The position numbers and the translations under genes are program-made. The notes beneath the pieces are model-generated. The model did no database searches and was not told where the DNA came from. It saw only the letters and a list, made by a program, of their open reading frames with translations. Below are positions 37,129 through 48,893 of a stretch of 64,000 nt of DNA, in pieces. Source of the DNA: Macrostomum lignano (lineage: Eukaryota); contig NIVC01002366.1 of assembly GCA_002269645.1 (NCBI GenBank), positions 1-64,000 on the forward strand, read 5' to 3'. Every line of letters begins with the position of its first letter. The stretch's first letter is position 1.

Positions 37129-38124
37129 ATGGCAACGACCAACACAACAATGACCACAGCGCCCGTGGCGGCCACCGGCGATCCGGAGTGGATCAGCACC
37201 TTCAAGAAGTTCCAGCTGGCGATCGTCATCATCGGCCTGATGCTGAACATCCTTGGTCTAGTCGTGTTCTTCACTAAAGCCTCCAAGAGCTTCAACGTGA
37301 TGACGCTGATGCTGCTGAAGCATCAGACCTGCTTGGACTCGCTGATCTGCCTGCTGAACGTGTTCTACCTGCTGCCCAACCTGCCTGACAGCTCCAGCAA
37401 CCCGGTGGCCTGCTACCTGTGGTACACCCAGACCTTCTACTGGATCCTCGTTGTCCTCAGCGTGTGGAACCTCCTGCTCATCTGCGTGGAGCGCTTCATG
37501 GCGGTGGTGTTCCCTATCAAGTACAAGGCCAAGAAGCCAATCCACGTGGCCTTCATGATCCTCGGCATCCACCTGGGCGCCTACCTGCTGGCTACACCCG
37601 TCACCTTCTGGGTCCGCTACGCCGATGGCGTCTGCAAATACGGCACGCCGACCTTCGACTCGCCGGCTCTTGTCCAGTTCCTGACCGTCCACGCCGCGCT
37701 TTGGTTCCTCGGCATCTACATGTGCCCCATGGGCGCCATGGTGGTCATGTACACCAAGATCATCATCGTGATCCGCGCCGCCACCGGGGCCACCACCTCC
37801 AGCGACGGCAAGCAGAGCAATGCCGCCACTGAGTTCACCAAGACCGCCATCGTGGTCACCACCGTGTTCGTGGTCAGCTTCTCCTTTGACTCCTTCTACT
37901 ACTTCATCGGCACCTTCTCGCCCGTCATCAACTACGAGGTGAACTCGACACCGCAGATCTTTAGCACCTTCATGGTGACGCTGAACTCGTGCTCTGCCGT
38001 CATCATCTACCTGATCTTCATGCGGGTGTTCCGCAAGCACAGCCTTCAGCTGCTCAGCTGCGGCCGCTACAAGGGCACCGGAGCGGTCGGCGGCGGCCCG
38101 GCCAGCGGCACCACCAGCGGCTGA
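37129..38124 (+). CDS. Intronless class A (rhodopsin-like) GPCR, 331 aa
   Basis: Seven hydrophobic segments; TM1 GLMLN, TM2 DSLIC, TM3 C...WNLLLICVERFMAVVFP (DRY-like ERF), TM5 P...MYTKI, TM7 LNSC...IY, N-terminal NTT sequon. First ATG at 37129. Confidence 0.9.
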   Translation: MATTNTTMTTAPVAATGDPEWISTFKKFQLAIVIIGLMLNILGLVVFFTKASKSFNVMTLMLLKHQTCLDSLICLLNVFYLLPNLPDSSSNPVACYLWYTQTFYWILVVLSVWNLLLICVERFMAVVFPIKYKAKKPIHVAFMILGIHLGAYLLATPVTFWVRYADGVCKYGTPTFDSPALVQFLTVHAALWFLGIYMCPMGAMVVMYTKIIIVIRAATGATTSSDGKQSNAATEFTKTAIVVTTVFVVSFSFDSFYYFIGTFSPVINYEVNSTPQIFSTFMVTLNSCSAVIIYLIFMRVFRKHSLQLLSCGRYKGTGAVGGGPASGTTSG

Positions 38125-38138
38125 GAGCGTCGGCGACC

Positions 38139-38152
38139 GTTGCCATGGCAAC
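38139..38152. promoter_or_regulatory. RFX X-box, second perfect GTTGCCATGGCAAC
   Basis: Exact consensus 14 nt after the GPCR stop codon. Confidence 0.55.
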
Positions 38153-38227
38153 AACTGGGCCGAATATTGAATCGGTAAAACTGACTCAAACCTCAATTAG
38201 CGGTAGGGTTAGGTTTAGTAATGGGAT

Positions 38228-38531
38228 TAACAGCACTGATTTGAAGGACTAGGGGATTAGCGGCACTGATTTGAAGGACTAGGGGATTAGCGGCACTGAT
38301 TTGAAGGACTAGGGGATTAGCGGCACTGATTTGAAGGACTAGGGGATTAGCGGCACTGATTTGAAGGACTAGGGGATTAGCGGCACTGATTTGAAGGACT
38401 AGGGGATTAGCGGCACTGATTTGAAGGACTAGGGGATTAGCGGTGCTGATTTGAAGGACTAGGGGATTAGTGGCGCTGATTTGAAGGACTAGGGGATTAG
38501 CGGCGCTGATTTGAAGGACTAGGGGATTAGC
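38228..38531. repeat. 30-bp minisatellite
   Basis: GGGGATTAGCGGCACTGATTTGAAGGACTA, about 10 copies. Confidence 0.95.
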
Positions 38532-39943
38532 ATGGCAAAGGCTTCAATTAAAGGACGATTTGCTTTTTTGTTTTTTTTGTCTTGTGTTTATCTGTTTATT
38601 TTTGTTGTGCTTAACCGAAAGGTTAAGCAGAGTTGGCTGCGGTTTGCTAGCAGTCGAATAGGCAGCCATGGCGGTGGTAGATTTAGCTCAGCTCCATGCT
38701 CACCCTGCCGTGATAGAGTATGAGCTCTCAGCAAATTTTAGACACAGTCACTCTTTAGCCTCACAATATTCACTGTTTTATGTAAATTTTGGTATAAAAA
38801 AATTGTACTTTTTGAAAAATGCAAGCCCTTTTTGTTATGCTTAGCAGGCTTTAAATGTTTAAAGTAAGCAAGCAAAATAATTATCAAATGCACATCAGCA
38901 CATCTGGCACGAACTGCATGTACTTTTTGCACCTGGTTTTACTTTGTTTATTTGTCACAGTCAACGTAATGGCTAAATTAAATGCACTTTAACAAATCTA
39001 TGAAGTTTCGTAATGTCTAGAGTTTTACGGCGGAGCCTGACACCTAATTGGTTCCGCAAAAATTTAAATTGATTTATAAACCCTAAAATTTGTTTTATTT
39101 CATCTAGTCTTAGTTTATGTAATTCACTTTATTTATTTCATTTTCATTTCATATTATCAGATATTCTGGTAGCGAAACTCTGCTCTTATACAGTAGAAAA
39201 CTGATGTACACTTTATCGTGAATGGTTACTTAAGCCTTTTATCTTTGTAAATATAATCTGAGATGATGTCGATCTATATTTTATTTCCACGCATTCTTCT
39301 AAGACTGACACCTGAACAATAACGATGAAATATATACACAAAATGCAATAACTCGGATTCAATATTTTTCTGTTGTGGCACGTTAAAAATGTAAAAATAT
39401 TACAATTCCTTTAGCTTGTCACTGCTAATTTTATCTTTCTGAAGAAAATCTTTTCTTTCTTCGGACTCAAAACTTCGAACTCACCTGACTCTATGCAGTT
39501 ATTTCATTACGTCGTTGAAAAAAGGCTTTTTAGTTTCACTTTAGCATGTCAGGTCTATTTTTAGCTCATTTACTCGTAGGCAGATTTCACTCGCCGGGAA
39601 TTCCGGCGTCCGGAGTCAGTAGGGGTGGGTTAAATGTACATTGTCGCTATAGTGGGGTTGGGGGAATGAATGTACATTGTCTCAATAGTGGGGTTTGAGA
39701 GGAATTGATGTACATTACGCAGCGAGCGTCCAGAGATAATCGGCGGGCGCCCGACAGAGCTGCGTGTTGTGGCATGCTGCGGTAAAGGCCGCCTATTTAT
39801 TGAGGCAAACCCTGCGCTCGGCCTTGAAGATGTTAAATAAAGTGAAATCGGAACCAAGCACCCCATTATTGGCTAGCTATAAAAGTGAGACGCCACAGGA
39901 GCTCCCATAAAGTACATCAACAGCCACGACAACAGCTGACTAA

Positions 39944-40306
39944 ATGGGAACAGAAATGTCCAGCAAGGATTTGCACAGCAAGCAGTTGCCGTCAAGACAG
40001 GCGCACCTGTTCAGGCGCCGGATCTCCAGCCTGGTATTTGGCATCGCCTTACTAGCCTCGACCGGGCTTGTGGCCGGGGCCACCGCCGCCCGCGCCATGC
40101 AGTGTCCGGCCTCGGTCGACTGTCCCGGACAGCGCGGCAGGCTGCACTTTGCTCTGATGCTGAGCGGCAGCGCACTGTTCATCGGGTCTCTGGCCGGGCT
40201 GCTCATCCTGCGCTACATCGTGTTCGGGGCGCTGCCGCCGGCTGATGACACGGCCGAGTTCGAACACCTGAGCGAGTGCGACACGCCGACTGGGGAGCTG
40301 GCGTGA
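39944..40306 (+). CDS. Small orphan membrane protein with two TM helices (120 aa)
   Basis: GC-rich ORF in AT-rich surroundings; hydrophobic segments LVFGIALLASTGLVAGATAA and FALMLSGSALFIGSLAGLLILRYIVF; upstream ATTGG (39868) and TATAAAAG (39878-39885). Confidence 0.6.
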   Translation: MGTEMSSKDLHSKQLPSRQAHLFRRRISSLVFGIALLASTGLVAGATAARAMQCPASVDCPGQRGRLHFALMLSGSALFIGSLAGLLILRYIVFGALPPADDTAEFEHLSECDTPTGELA

Positions 40307-41024
40307 GACAATTTCGCTTCATTTCTGGCATTTATAAATCTGGTAAAAAGTCCAACTTACCGATAAAAAATATTTAAAATATTTTTAAAACATGTTCTCA
40401 AACACGTGACAATCTGTTTTTACGGTAATCAAATTTTGTTAAATTATATTCATGTTTGGCATGAATTTAAATTTGATTTTGAGTTTAGCAACAAGTTCTT
40501 TTTCTTCAAAATTTAGTCATTTACTTTTCTGCAAATATATGCTAATTACCTGTAATTATGTACCAAAAATTTTGTAAATATGTTCTGTTCTGTCTTCGTT
40601 ACTTCACTGAAACGCACTAAAATGTCTAGCAAAATATACCGCAATTTGCTTATCGCCCTACTGACAACGAACAGTAGACCAACTAGTGCATTTCTTTCAC
40701 TTTAAATTATTTAGAAGCACAGCTTCTACAACGCAACATTCCAACTACGGCAGAAAACTGAAATTGGAATGAGCAGAGAATGCGCGGAATCTGCACACAA
40801 TTCATCATCTTCCTACCAGCTTAACTGTGGCCAAGACATCTTTCCCACTTTCCGGAATTCGATAAGATCATTCGATAAGTGGCTCGCGCCTCACAGTCTG
40901 AGGATTTGCCATTTTCCTCATGTCGCATCCTCAGCTGCGACTCCCTCAGCACTTTTGGGGCCTCGAGAATGGCGAATCTTCTTGGACTCAAAGCCCCCTG
41001 CTCAGTATTGCTGCTCCCGGTAGT

Positions 41025-41868
41025 CGGGACTAAGACTCCCTGACAGTCGGGACTGGGACTCCCTGACAGTCGGGACTGGGACTCCCTGACAGTCGGGACT
41101 GGGACTCCCTGACAGTCGGGACTGGGACTCCCTGACAGTCGGGACTGGGACTCCCTGACAGTCGGGACTGGGACTCCCTGACAGTCGGGACTGGGACTCC
41201 CTGACAGTCGGGACTGGGACTCCCTGACAGTCGGGACTGGGACTCCCTGACTGTGACAGTCGGACTGGGACTCCTTGGCAGTCGGGACTGGGACTCCCTG
41301 ACTGTGACAGTCGGGACTGGGACTCCTTGGCAGTCGGGACTGGGACTCGCTGATCAAAGCTGTCAGGGAGTCCCAATCACGACTTTCAGGGAGTCCCAGT
41401 CCCGACTTTCAGGGAGTCCCAGTCCCGACTGTCAGGGAGTCCCAATCACAACTGTCAGGGAGTCCCAGTCCCGACTTTCAGGGAGTCCCAGTCCTGAGTC
41501 CCAATCACGACTGTCAGGGAGTCCCAATCCCGACTTTCAGGGAGTCCCAGTCCTGAGTCCCAATCACGACTTTCAGGGAGTCCCAATCACGACTTTCAGG
41601 GAGTCCCAGTCCCGACTTTCAGGGAGTCCCAGTCCCGACTGTCAGGGAGTCCCAATCACGACTTTCAGGGAGTCCCAGTCCCGACTTTCAGGGAGACCCA
41701 GTCCCGACTGTCAGGGAGTCCCAGTCCCGACTTTCAGGGAGTCCCAGTCCCGACTGTCAGGGAGTCCCAATCCCAACTGTCAGGGAGTCCCAGTCCCGAC
41801 TTTCAGGGAGTCCCAGTCCTGAGTCCCAATCACGACTGTCGGGGAGTCCCAGTCCCGACTGTCAGGTC
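41025..41868. repeat. Two inverted arrays of a 23-bp unit (foldback-like palindrome)
   Basis: (TGACAGTCGGGACTGGGACTCCC)n at ~41025-41350, then its reverse complement (CAGGGAGTCCCAGTCCCGACTGT)n at ~41361-41868. Confidence 0.9.
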
Positions 41869-42199
41869 CGAATTTCCGGCCGAGACCTGACCCAGTCCCA
41901 GCGTTCTATCGGACAGTATAGGAGACTCACAGTTTGTTCATCGATAATCGAAATTCCCCAACAGACTCGCTGTTAATCCCTCAGCGTTGGCCTTACAAAC
42001 TGTCCTGTCCCCTTTTATCCAAGCTTCTTTGCGGGCAGAGTGCTGGCCTATCATTAAAATTTACTTATAGTGAAAGTGTGCGAGCGACCCCCTGTTGCCA
42101 CACATGCAGTTTTATATTATGAGCGCCTGGGGAATACCTAGAGGCCGAATGTAATGAGCCAAAGTCCATTGCTGCTCTCGCTGCCATGTTAAACTATTG

Positions 42200-42555
42200 T
42201 GTCAAAGGTGAGGCAATTGGGGATGTCAAATGTCAAATGTTGGCTGAGTGGCAATTAGAGTGTCAAAGGTGAGGCAATTGGGATGTCAAAGGTGAGACAA
42301 TTGGGAGTGTCAAAGGTGAGGCAATTGGGATGTCAAAGGTGAGTCAATCAGAGTGTCACAGGTGAGGCAATCAGAGTGTCACAGGTGAGGCAATTGGGAT
42401 GTCAAAGGTGAGACAATTGGGATGACAAAGGTGAGGCAATTGGGATGTCAAAGGTGAGGCAATTGGGATGTCAAAGGTGAGGCAATCGGAGTGTCAAAGG
42501 TGAAGCAATCAGAGAGTCAAAAGTGAAGCAATCAAAGTGTCACAGGTGAGGCCAT
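42200..42555. repeat. ~23-bp minisatellite
   Basis: GTCAAAGGTGAGGCAATTGGGAT and variants. Confidence 0.9.
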
Positions 42556-44029
42556 GTTCGAATTGGGTGGGATATTTCGGAATGACGAGGCGCTTCCTCA
42601 GCGGGAAACTGAAACTGGGATGGCGGATCCCTCAATGGGACACTCGCAGCTCAACCCCTGTCCCATCGGGAGTTGCTCAGCAGGCGACGGTCTCGAGCAG
42701 CTGAGTCCGCAAGCTGGCTGAGACGCCCGAAGGCGACACGGTCCAAATCCGCTACAGGCAAGCCGCAGGCGATGCGAGAATGCATGGCCGCTGATAGCAC
42801 CTGTCCAGTTGGCGTGTCGTTGGCGGGATATCCAGCGGATTTGTCGGCAAAGACCTGCTGATTTGCAAGAAGAGTAATTCCATACCAAGTCTAGATTGTG
42901 TACCGCCCGGCAGTTCAAGTGCTCAGCCGAAAATGAGTTTCTGTTTCCCCATGGGTCTCTTAAGTGAAATATCCTGCTAAGAATGGAAAGATATCATTTT
43001 TTGAGAAGGAAACCTGGAAAGCAGGGCGAACTCAGATACTCCGAGTGGATGGCAAGGCTTAAAATTTGCATAAAAGGCCAGTTTGATTTTTTGTGCGGGC
43101 ATTCGAGGCTCTTTTTGGGGCAACTATGGACCCGGGCAACTCTGGCAGCTTGTAGCAGAAATGTTCTTTATGAAGGGAAAATGCGGGAAATTGGCTGGGC
43201 AGGAAAAGGTGGAAAATTGACAAAAACTGGAGAGAGGACTGCAGACGGGTGAAGGGTGTGGACTGAATCAACTTGGACGGAAACAAATACTATGAGGAAT
43301 AAAGCTGAGATGGAGCGAAAAAGGGCGGAGAACAGGAAGAGAGAGAGGAGAGAAGGAGGAGAGGGAGAGAGGAGAGAAGGAGAGATGGAAAGGAGAGAAA
43401 GAGAGAAGAGACGGAGAGAGGGAGAGAAGGAGAGATGGAGAGGAGAGAAGGAGAGAAGAGAGGGAGAGAGGGGAGAAGGAATGGTGAGAGAGAGAGGGAG
43501 TGCGGAGAGGTGACACGTCAGAGTGCTAGGAATGAGAAACACAGGGACTGGTAAAGTCAGCAGAGATGTGGAAGCAGTTTAGAGGGTCAGAGTCAGTCCT
43601 CAGGCAGTCAGCAAACAAAAGCAGCAGCAGCAGCAGCTCTCATGACGCACTCGCCTTGACCAAGTTGGCTGAGTGACACTGAATTGGTTGGCAGTTTTCT
43701 CTCGCGCTTTCAGAGCCGCATTTTACTTGGCTGAATCCGAGCCAGTGGCTGAGTCGCTCAACGCGACTTCCCCGCCAACGGTCCTCGAAGTAAAACTAAT
43801 TCTCAGGGTTTTTCGCTCCACTTTCAAAGCCGAAGCATGCCGAAGTACTTGATGTCTGGGATTTTGTTAACAAAAATGCTTTATCACAGTTTCCAATGTC
43901 CTGTCTGGAGACAAGATTCTCAGACATCAAGTGTTTGAGTCTGCAGTTACTGATGCGAACAGATGCTTTAAAAAGATTCAGTAAAGCCTTTTAAGGCTCA
44001 GTCCTAAGCTGCCTCCACCACGGCTTCCC

Positions 44030-44682
44030 CCTTCTTCCCTCTCCCCTCACCCTCTCTCCCCCACCCTCTCTTCCCTCACCCTCTCTTCCCTCTCCCACAG
44101 CTCCCTCTCCCACAGCTCCCTCTCCCACAGCTCCCTCTCCCACAGCTCCCTCTCCAACAGCTCCCTCTCCCACAGCTCCCTCTCCCACAGCTCCCTCTCC
44201 CACAGCTCCCTCTCCCACAGCTCCCTCTCCCACAGCTCCCTCTCCCACAGCTCCCTCTCCCACAGCTCCTCTCCCACAGCTCCCTCTCCCACAGCTCCCT
44301 CTCCCACAGCTCCCTCTCCCACAGCTCCCTCTCCCACAGCTCCCTCTCCCACAGCTCCCTCTCCCACAGCTCCCTCTCCCACAGCTCCCTCTCCCACAGC
44401 TCCCTCTCCCACAGCTCCCTCTCCCACAGCTCCCTCTCCCACAGCTCCCTCTCCCACAGCTCCCTCTCCCACAGCTCCCTCTCCCACAGCTCCCTCTCCC
44501 ACAGCTCCCTCTCCCACAGCTCCCTCTCCACAGCTCCCTCTCCCACAGCTCCCTCTCCCACAGCTCCCTCTCCACAGCTCCCTCTCCCACAGCTCCCTCT
44601 CCCACAGCTCCCTCTCCCACAGCTCCCTCTCCCACAGCTCCCTCTCCCACAGCTCCCTCTCCCACAGCTCCCTCTCCCACTG
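44030..44682. repeat. 15-bp minisatellite
   Basis: CCCACAGCTCCCTCT, about 40 copies. Confidence 0.95.
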
Positions 44683-45091
44683 CCAACATGAATAAACTGA
44701 TCCCCTCATATGCCTCCCCCACTGCCTCATTGAGCTGCAAAGCTGATCACCAACTTTTATAGAAACAATGTCAATTCAAACCCAAAAGCTACAGGCCCAA
44801 AGGATTTTAATCCCCTCATGCAGGGGTGGGGGGGGGGGGAAACTCCACCAGCAGTCAGTCACCTGCGGCAATACACTATATGCAGCAGCAATAATGCCGG
44901 TATATCCCGCTTAGCCTGAAATGCTTTCTTTGTTAACAAATGATTTATTTTGTTACTGTCTGAGTCACCCGCCGCCGCCAGCGCCGAAGCTCACATTGGA
45001 CAATTGATTTTCCAGCTGCGATAAGTCTCAATTATTGAAAGCTGCAAAACTGCCGCAGTTTACGATGCCAGTTTTGGTCCGGAGTTGAGGC

Positions 45092-45587
45092 CACTGGGCA
45101 GCGGCATACCGACACTATAGGCATGTCTCTACAGCACTGGGCAGCGGCATACCGACACTATAGGCATGTCTCTACAGCACTGGGCAGCGGCATACCGACA
45201 CTATAGGCATGTCTCTACAGCACTGGGCAGCGGCATACCGACACTATAGGCATGTCTCTACAGCACTGGGCAGCGGCATACCGACACTATAGGCATGTCT
45301 CTACAGCACTGGGCAGCGGCATACCGACACTATAGGCATGTCTCTACAGCACTGGGCAGCGGCATACCGACACTATAGGCATGTCTCTACAGCACTGGGC
45401 AGCGGCATACCGACGCTATAGACACACGACTTTACAGCACTGGGCAGCGGCATACCGACACTATAGGCATGTCTCTACAGCACTGAGCAGCGGCATACCG
45501 ACACTATAGGCATGTCTCTACAGCACTGGGCAGCGGCATACCGACACTATAGGCATGTCTCTACAGCACTGGGCAGCGGCATACCGA
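45092..45587. repeat. 43-bp minisatellite
   Basis: CACTGGGCAGCGGCATACCGACACTATAGGCATGTCTCTACAG, about 11 near-identical copies with no spacers. Confidence 0.95.
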
Positions 45588-47029
45588 ACCCTAGTCAGGC
45601 AGCTGCCTCAGCACAGCACTAGACACCAGCCAACCCTTGCACAGACACCTCGAGACCATTTAAAGTCATTAAGTGCAATCTAGAGGCTCAGGCCAGTCGT
45701 CTAAAGCCGGTATTTGGCGTGGAAATATAAAAGGTTGGCCGGCTTTCTGAGCCTGCCGCAAGGCGTGACCTGCCGGACACAGAGTAGAATTAGAATCATG
45801 AAGGGCTGCAGGCCGCCCAGAGCTTGGCCAATCCTGCCCGCTACAAAAGGGACTCCAACAACCCCCCCCCTCCACCGACGGGCGCCTCCGCAGTCGTGAC
45901 AGCGGAATTTCATGAAACCAAAAAGGGGGAAGGAAGAAGGAGGCAAAGCCGTCACGGGAGTTGATGGACTGGGAGCTCATAAACTGATCGCCCCTTACTC
46001 ACCCCTCCCGGCTGACCGACTCTTCTATAGCTGTGGGATTAAGCCAATGCAGCATCCCTGCTGCCCCATCCAGAGTCCCTATCTCCCTGCCCAGCTAAAA
46101 AAGTAGCAAAGAAACAAGCGGGAGGGGGAGGGACGGTTCAGAAGGAAGTTGTTTCTCCTTCGAGTTCCCAGAGATCAGCGCTGGCCCCACAGGAAGCAGG
46201 ACGGGCAAGGCGGGGAAGGGGGAGAAGGCGAGCTTCACCTCTTGCTGCTGCCTCCTCAGATAATCCAATCCAACCAGTGGGAGGCGGGCCGTTGTCTCCG
46301 GGAGCTGCCTGGCTAATCTGGCGTCTCCCGCTGCCGTCTCCCCCGCCGTCACTTAACAACAGCCCGCAGGTCTTGTGAGAATGGGCGGGGCCGCTGAAGT
46401 TACACAGTGTGTATGTGGGGGGCAGGAGCAGGGAAATTACAAATTAGCGGTAAAAGAGAGGCACAGCAGCAGCAGCAGCAGCAGTAGCTAAGAAAGCAAA
46501 GGCCGAATCGACGCTTCTAATTCCTGTGCTCAGAATATGCTCGCCCGAGCATTCAGCAACAAAAGACAGAGAGAGAGAAAGGCGCGCAACGCTGTGACAT
46601 TTACCGCGCAGCGCAGATCAGCTCTCTCGCAGTCCGGGGTGCTTTTTGAGCAAGTAAAATGCAGAGTAGAGAAGGGGGGAGGGCCGTGGCCTGGACTAAG
46701 GGGCAAATCACCTGCAGTCGCTACCTGAAGCTGCACTTTTCTATGCCTCATTTGCGTCATTCGTTACTGCAACAACAGCAGCGGCCTCGGAAAAAAGTTC
46801 CCGGGCAGGGCACGGCAGAAATGCTCGCATCCCAGAGGCTGGTTGACGCTCAGCAGCTGCATCGCCATTGGTCCGCGCCGAGCAGTGGCGGATTAGCCTG
46901 AGCCCCTGAGTCCCTCAGACTTCAGCGGGCTCCCCTAGAGCTGATAAAGCGTAGAAATCCGACCCCACTCACCGACTCCCTTCATCCGATATCCGGACAC
47001 TGCAGAACTGCCTTTGGCTGCAGGCAACT

Positions 47030-47676
47030 CGGACAAACGGCTAAACAGACTCAGATAACAGGCTAAACAGACTCGGACAACAGGCTAAACAGACTCGGAT
47101 AACAGGCTAAACAGACTCGGACAACAGGCTAAACAGACTCGGATAACAGGCTAAACAGACTCGGACAACAGGCTAAACAGACTCGGATAACAGGCTAAAC
47201 AGACTCGGACAACAGGCTAAACAGACTCGGATAACAGGCTAAACAGACTCGGACAACAGGCTAAACAGACTCGGATAACAGGCTAAACAGACTCGGATAA
47301 CAGGCTAAACAGACTCGGATAACAGACTAAACAGACTCGGACAATAGGTTAAACAGACTCGGACAACAGGCTAAACAGACTCGGACAACAGGCTAAACAG
47401 ACTCGGATAACAGGCTAAACAGACTCGGACAACAGGCTAAACAGACTCGGACAACAGGCTAAACAGACTCGGACAACAGGCTAAACAGACTCGGACAACA
47501 GGCTAAACAGACTCGGATAACAGGCTAAACAGACTCGGACAACAGGCTAAACAGACTCGGACAACAGGCTAAACAGACTCGGACAACAGGCTAAACAGAC
47601 TCGGATAACAGGCTAAACAGACTCGGACAACAGGCTAAACAGACTCGGACAACAGGTTAAACAGACTCGGACAACA
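47030..47676. repeat. 22-bp minisatellite directly upstream of the GPCR start
   Basis: AACAGGCTAAACAGACTCGGAC/T, about 29 copies. Confidence 0.95.
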
Positions 47677-47687
47677 GCAAGAACAGC

Positions 47688-48893
47688 ATGGATTCGAACG
47701 CCTCCTCTCACAGGGACAGTCAACAGGATTCGCTGTACCGCAGCCTCCTGCTGCCATCGTACGCCGTCAGCCTGACTGTGTCGCTGATCTCGCTGATCTC
47801 GCTGGTGTTCACGCTGTGGATTTTTGTACGCCGTCGGGACGCCACGGCCGGCGCCCGCGGCATGGTGCTGCTGATCGCCACCGACACCTTCGCCTCCATG
47901 GTGCTGGTCAGCGTCCACGTCATCAGCATTAGCGAGGTCGCCAACGTGACGATCGCCAGCACATCGGCCTGGCGGAGCTTCGCCGACATCCAGTTCACCG
48001 CCACCAACGCCAGCCTGCTGCTCCGGAACTGGTGGGTGGCCTTCCTCACCCTCGCCCGCCTCATCGTCATCCTGTTCCCGCTGCACGTCACCGAGATTCT
48101 CACCCGCCGACGCCAGGTGGTCGCCTTCGTGATCATCCTGATTGCCTCGGTGGCGATCAGCGGCGCCAGGTACGCCGAGGAGAAGGCCTGCGCCGACTCT
48201 GCCGTCGCCTCTTACGACGCTGCCGCGCCCGCCGATCCGGCCAAGGCCGTCGTGGCCAGCACCACCTCCTGCGAGAGCTTCGTGATCTTCTTCTTCGTGA
48301 TGCAGACGGGCCTGCCTGTGCCAGTGGTGCTCGTCATCTCCGTGGTGCTCGCCGTGCACCTCTGCTCGGCGCCTCCGACCAGCGTCACCGAGGAGGCCGC
48401 CGCGCCATCCGCCGCTGCCCGGGCGTCCGGCGCCGCCAGGTCCTCGGTGTCGCCGCCGTCCCGACCGCAGCTGATGAAGCGTCGGGCAACGCGCATCCTG
48501 CTGGTGCTGGCGGCGACCTTCACGGTGCTGGAGGTGCCCACCCTGGTGTGCTCCATGTGCCTGTACACCCTGCCCAGCTTCAGGGCCTCGGAACTCAGCC
48601 GCCTGCTGGTCTCGCTGTCCAACTGCCTGGTGACGCTTGACACCCTGGCCAACTTCTTCGTGTTCTTCGTGTTCTCCAAGTCCTTCAAGGTGGAGGTGAA
48701 GCGCTGCCTCTGCCATCGGCTGCAGGACGGCGGAGTCGGCGGCCAGCCGAGCTCGCAGCGGCGCTGGCAGCAGCAGCAGCAGCAGGCGTTGCTGTTGCAC
48801 AGGCGCGGCACCAGCGAGCGGCGGCGACAGCCCGGCGGCACCGTGATGGAGGCGATGGCCGAGGACTCCGGGGCGGAGCTGAGCAAGCTGTAG
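47688..48893 (+). CDS. Intronless class A GPCR, peptide-receptor-like (FMRFamide/Srw-type), 401 aa
   Basis: Seven hydrophobic segments; TM3 LRNWWVAFLTLARLIVILFPLH, TM6 RATRILLVLAATFTVLEVP, TM7 LDTLANFFVF...SKSFK, ECL2 Cys, poly-Gln tail. Confidence 0.85.
   Translation: MDSNASSHRDSQQDSLYRSLLLPSYAVSLTVSLISLISLVFTLWIFVRRRDATAGARGMVLLIATDTFASMVLVSVHVISISEVANVTIASTSAWRSFADIQFTATNASLLLRNWWVAFLTLARLIVILFPLHVTEILTRRRQVVAFVIILIASVAISGARYAEEKACADSAVASYDAAAPADPAKAVVASTTSCESFVIFFFVMQTGLPVPVVLVISVVLAVHLCSAPPTSVTEEAAAPSAAARASGAARSSVSPPSRPQLMKRRATRILLVLAATFTVLEVPTLVCSMCLYTLPSFRASELSRLLVSLSNCLVTLDTLANFFVFFVFSKSFKVEVKRCLCHRLQDGGVGGQPSSQRRWQQQQQQALLLHRRGTSERRRQPGGTVMEAMAEDSGAELSKL

Noticed and set aside
37258-38196. 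312-aa antisense ORF, and the 455-aa antisense ORF at 47613-48980
   Set aside because: Shadow frames of GC3-rich GPCR coding sequence.
38203-38220. Telomere-like GGGTTAGGTTTAG
   Set aside because: Only about two degenerate units.
45092-45587. 43-bp repeats (and the 47-bp and 30-bp arrays) of CRISPR-like length
   Set aside because: Copies are contiguous with no unique spacers, there are no cas genes, and the context is eukaryotic.
45669-46901. Several short ORFs (for example 46095-46352) in moderately GC-rich DNA
   Set aside because: No domain, no consistent splice model and no clear codon bias; an unrecognised exon cannot be excluded.
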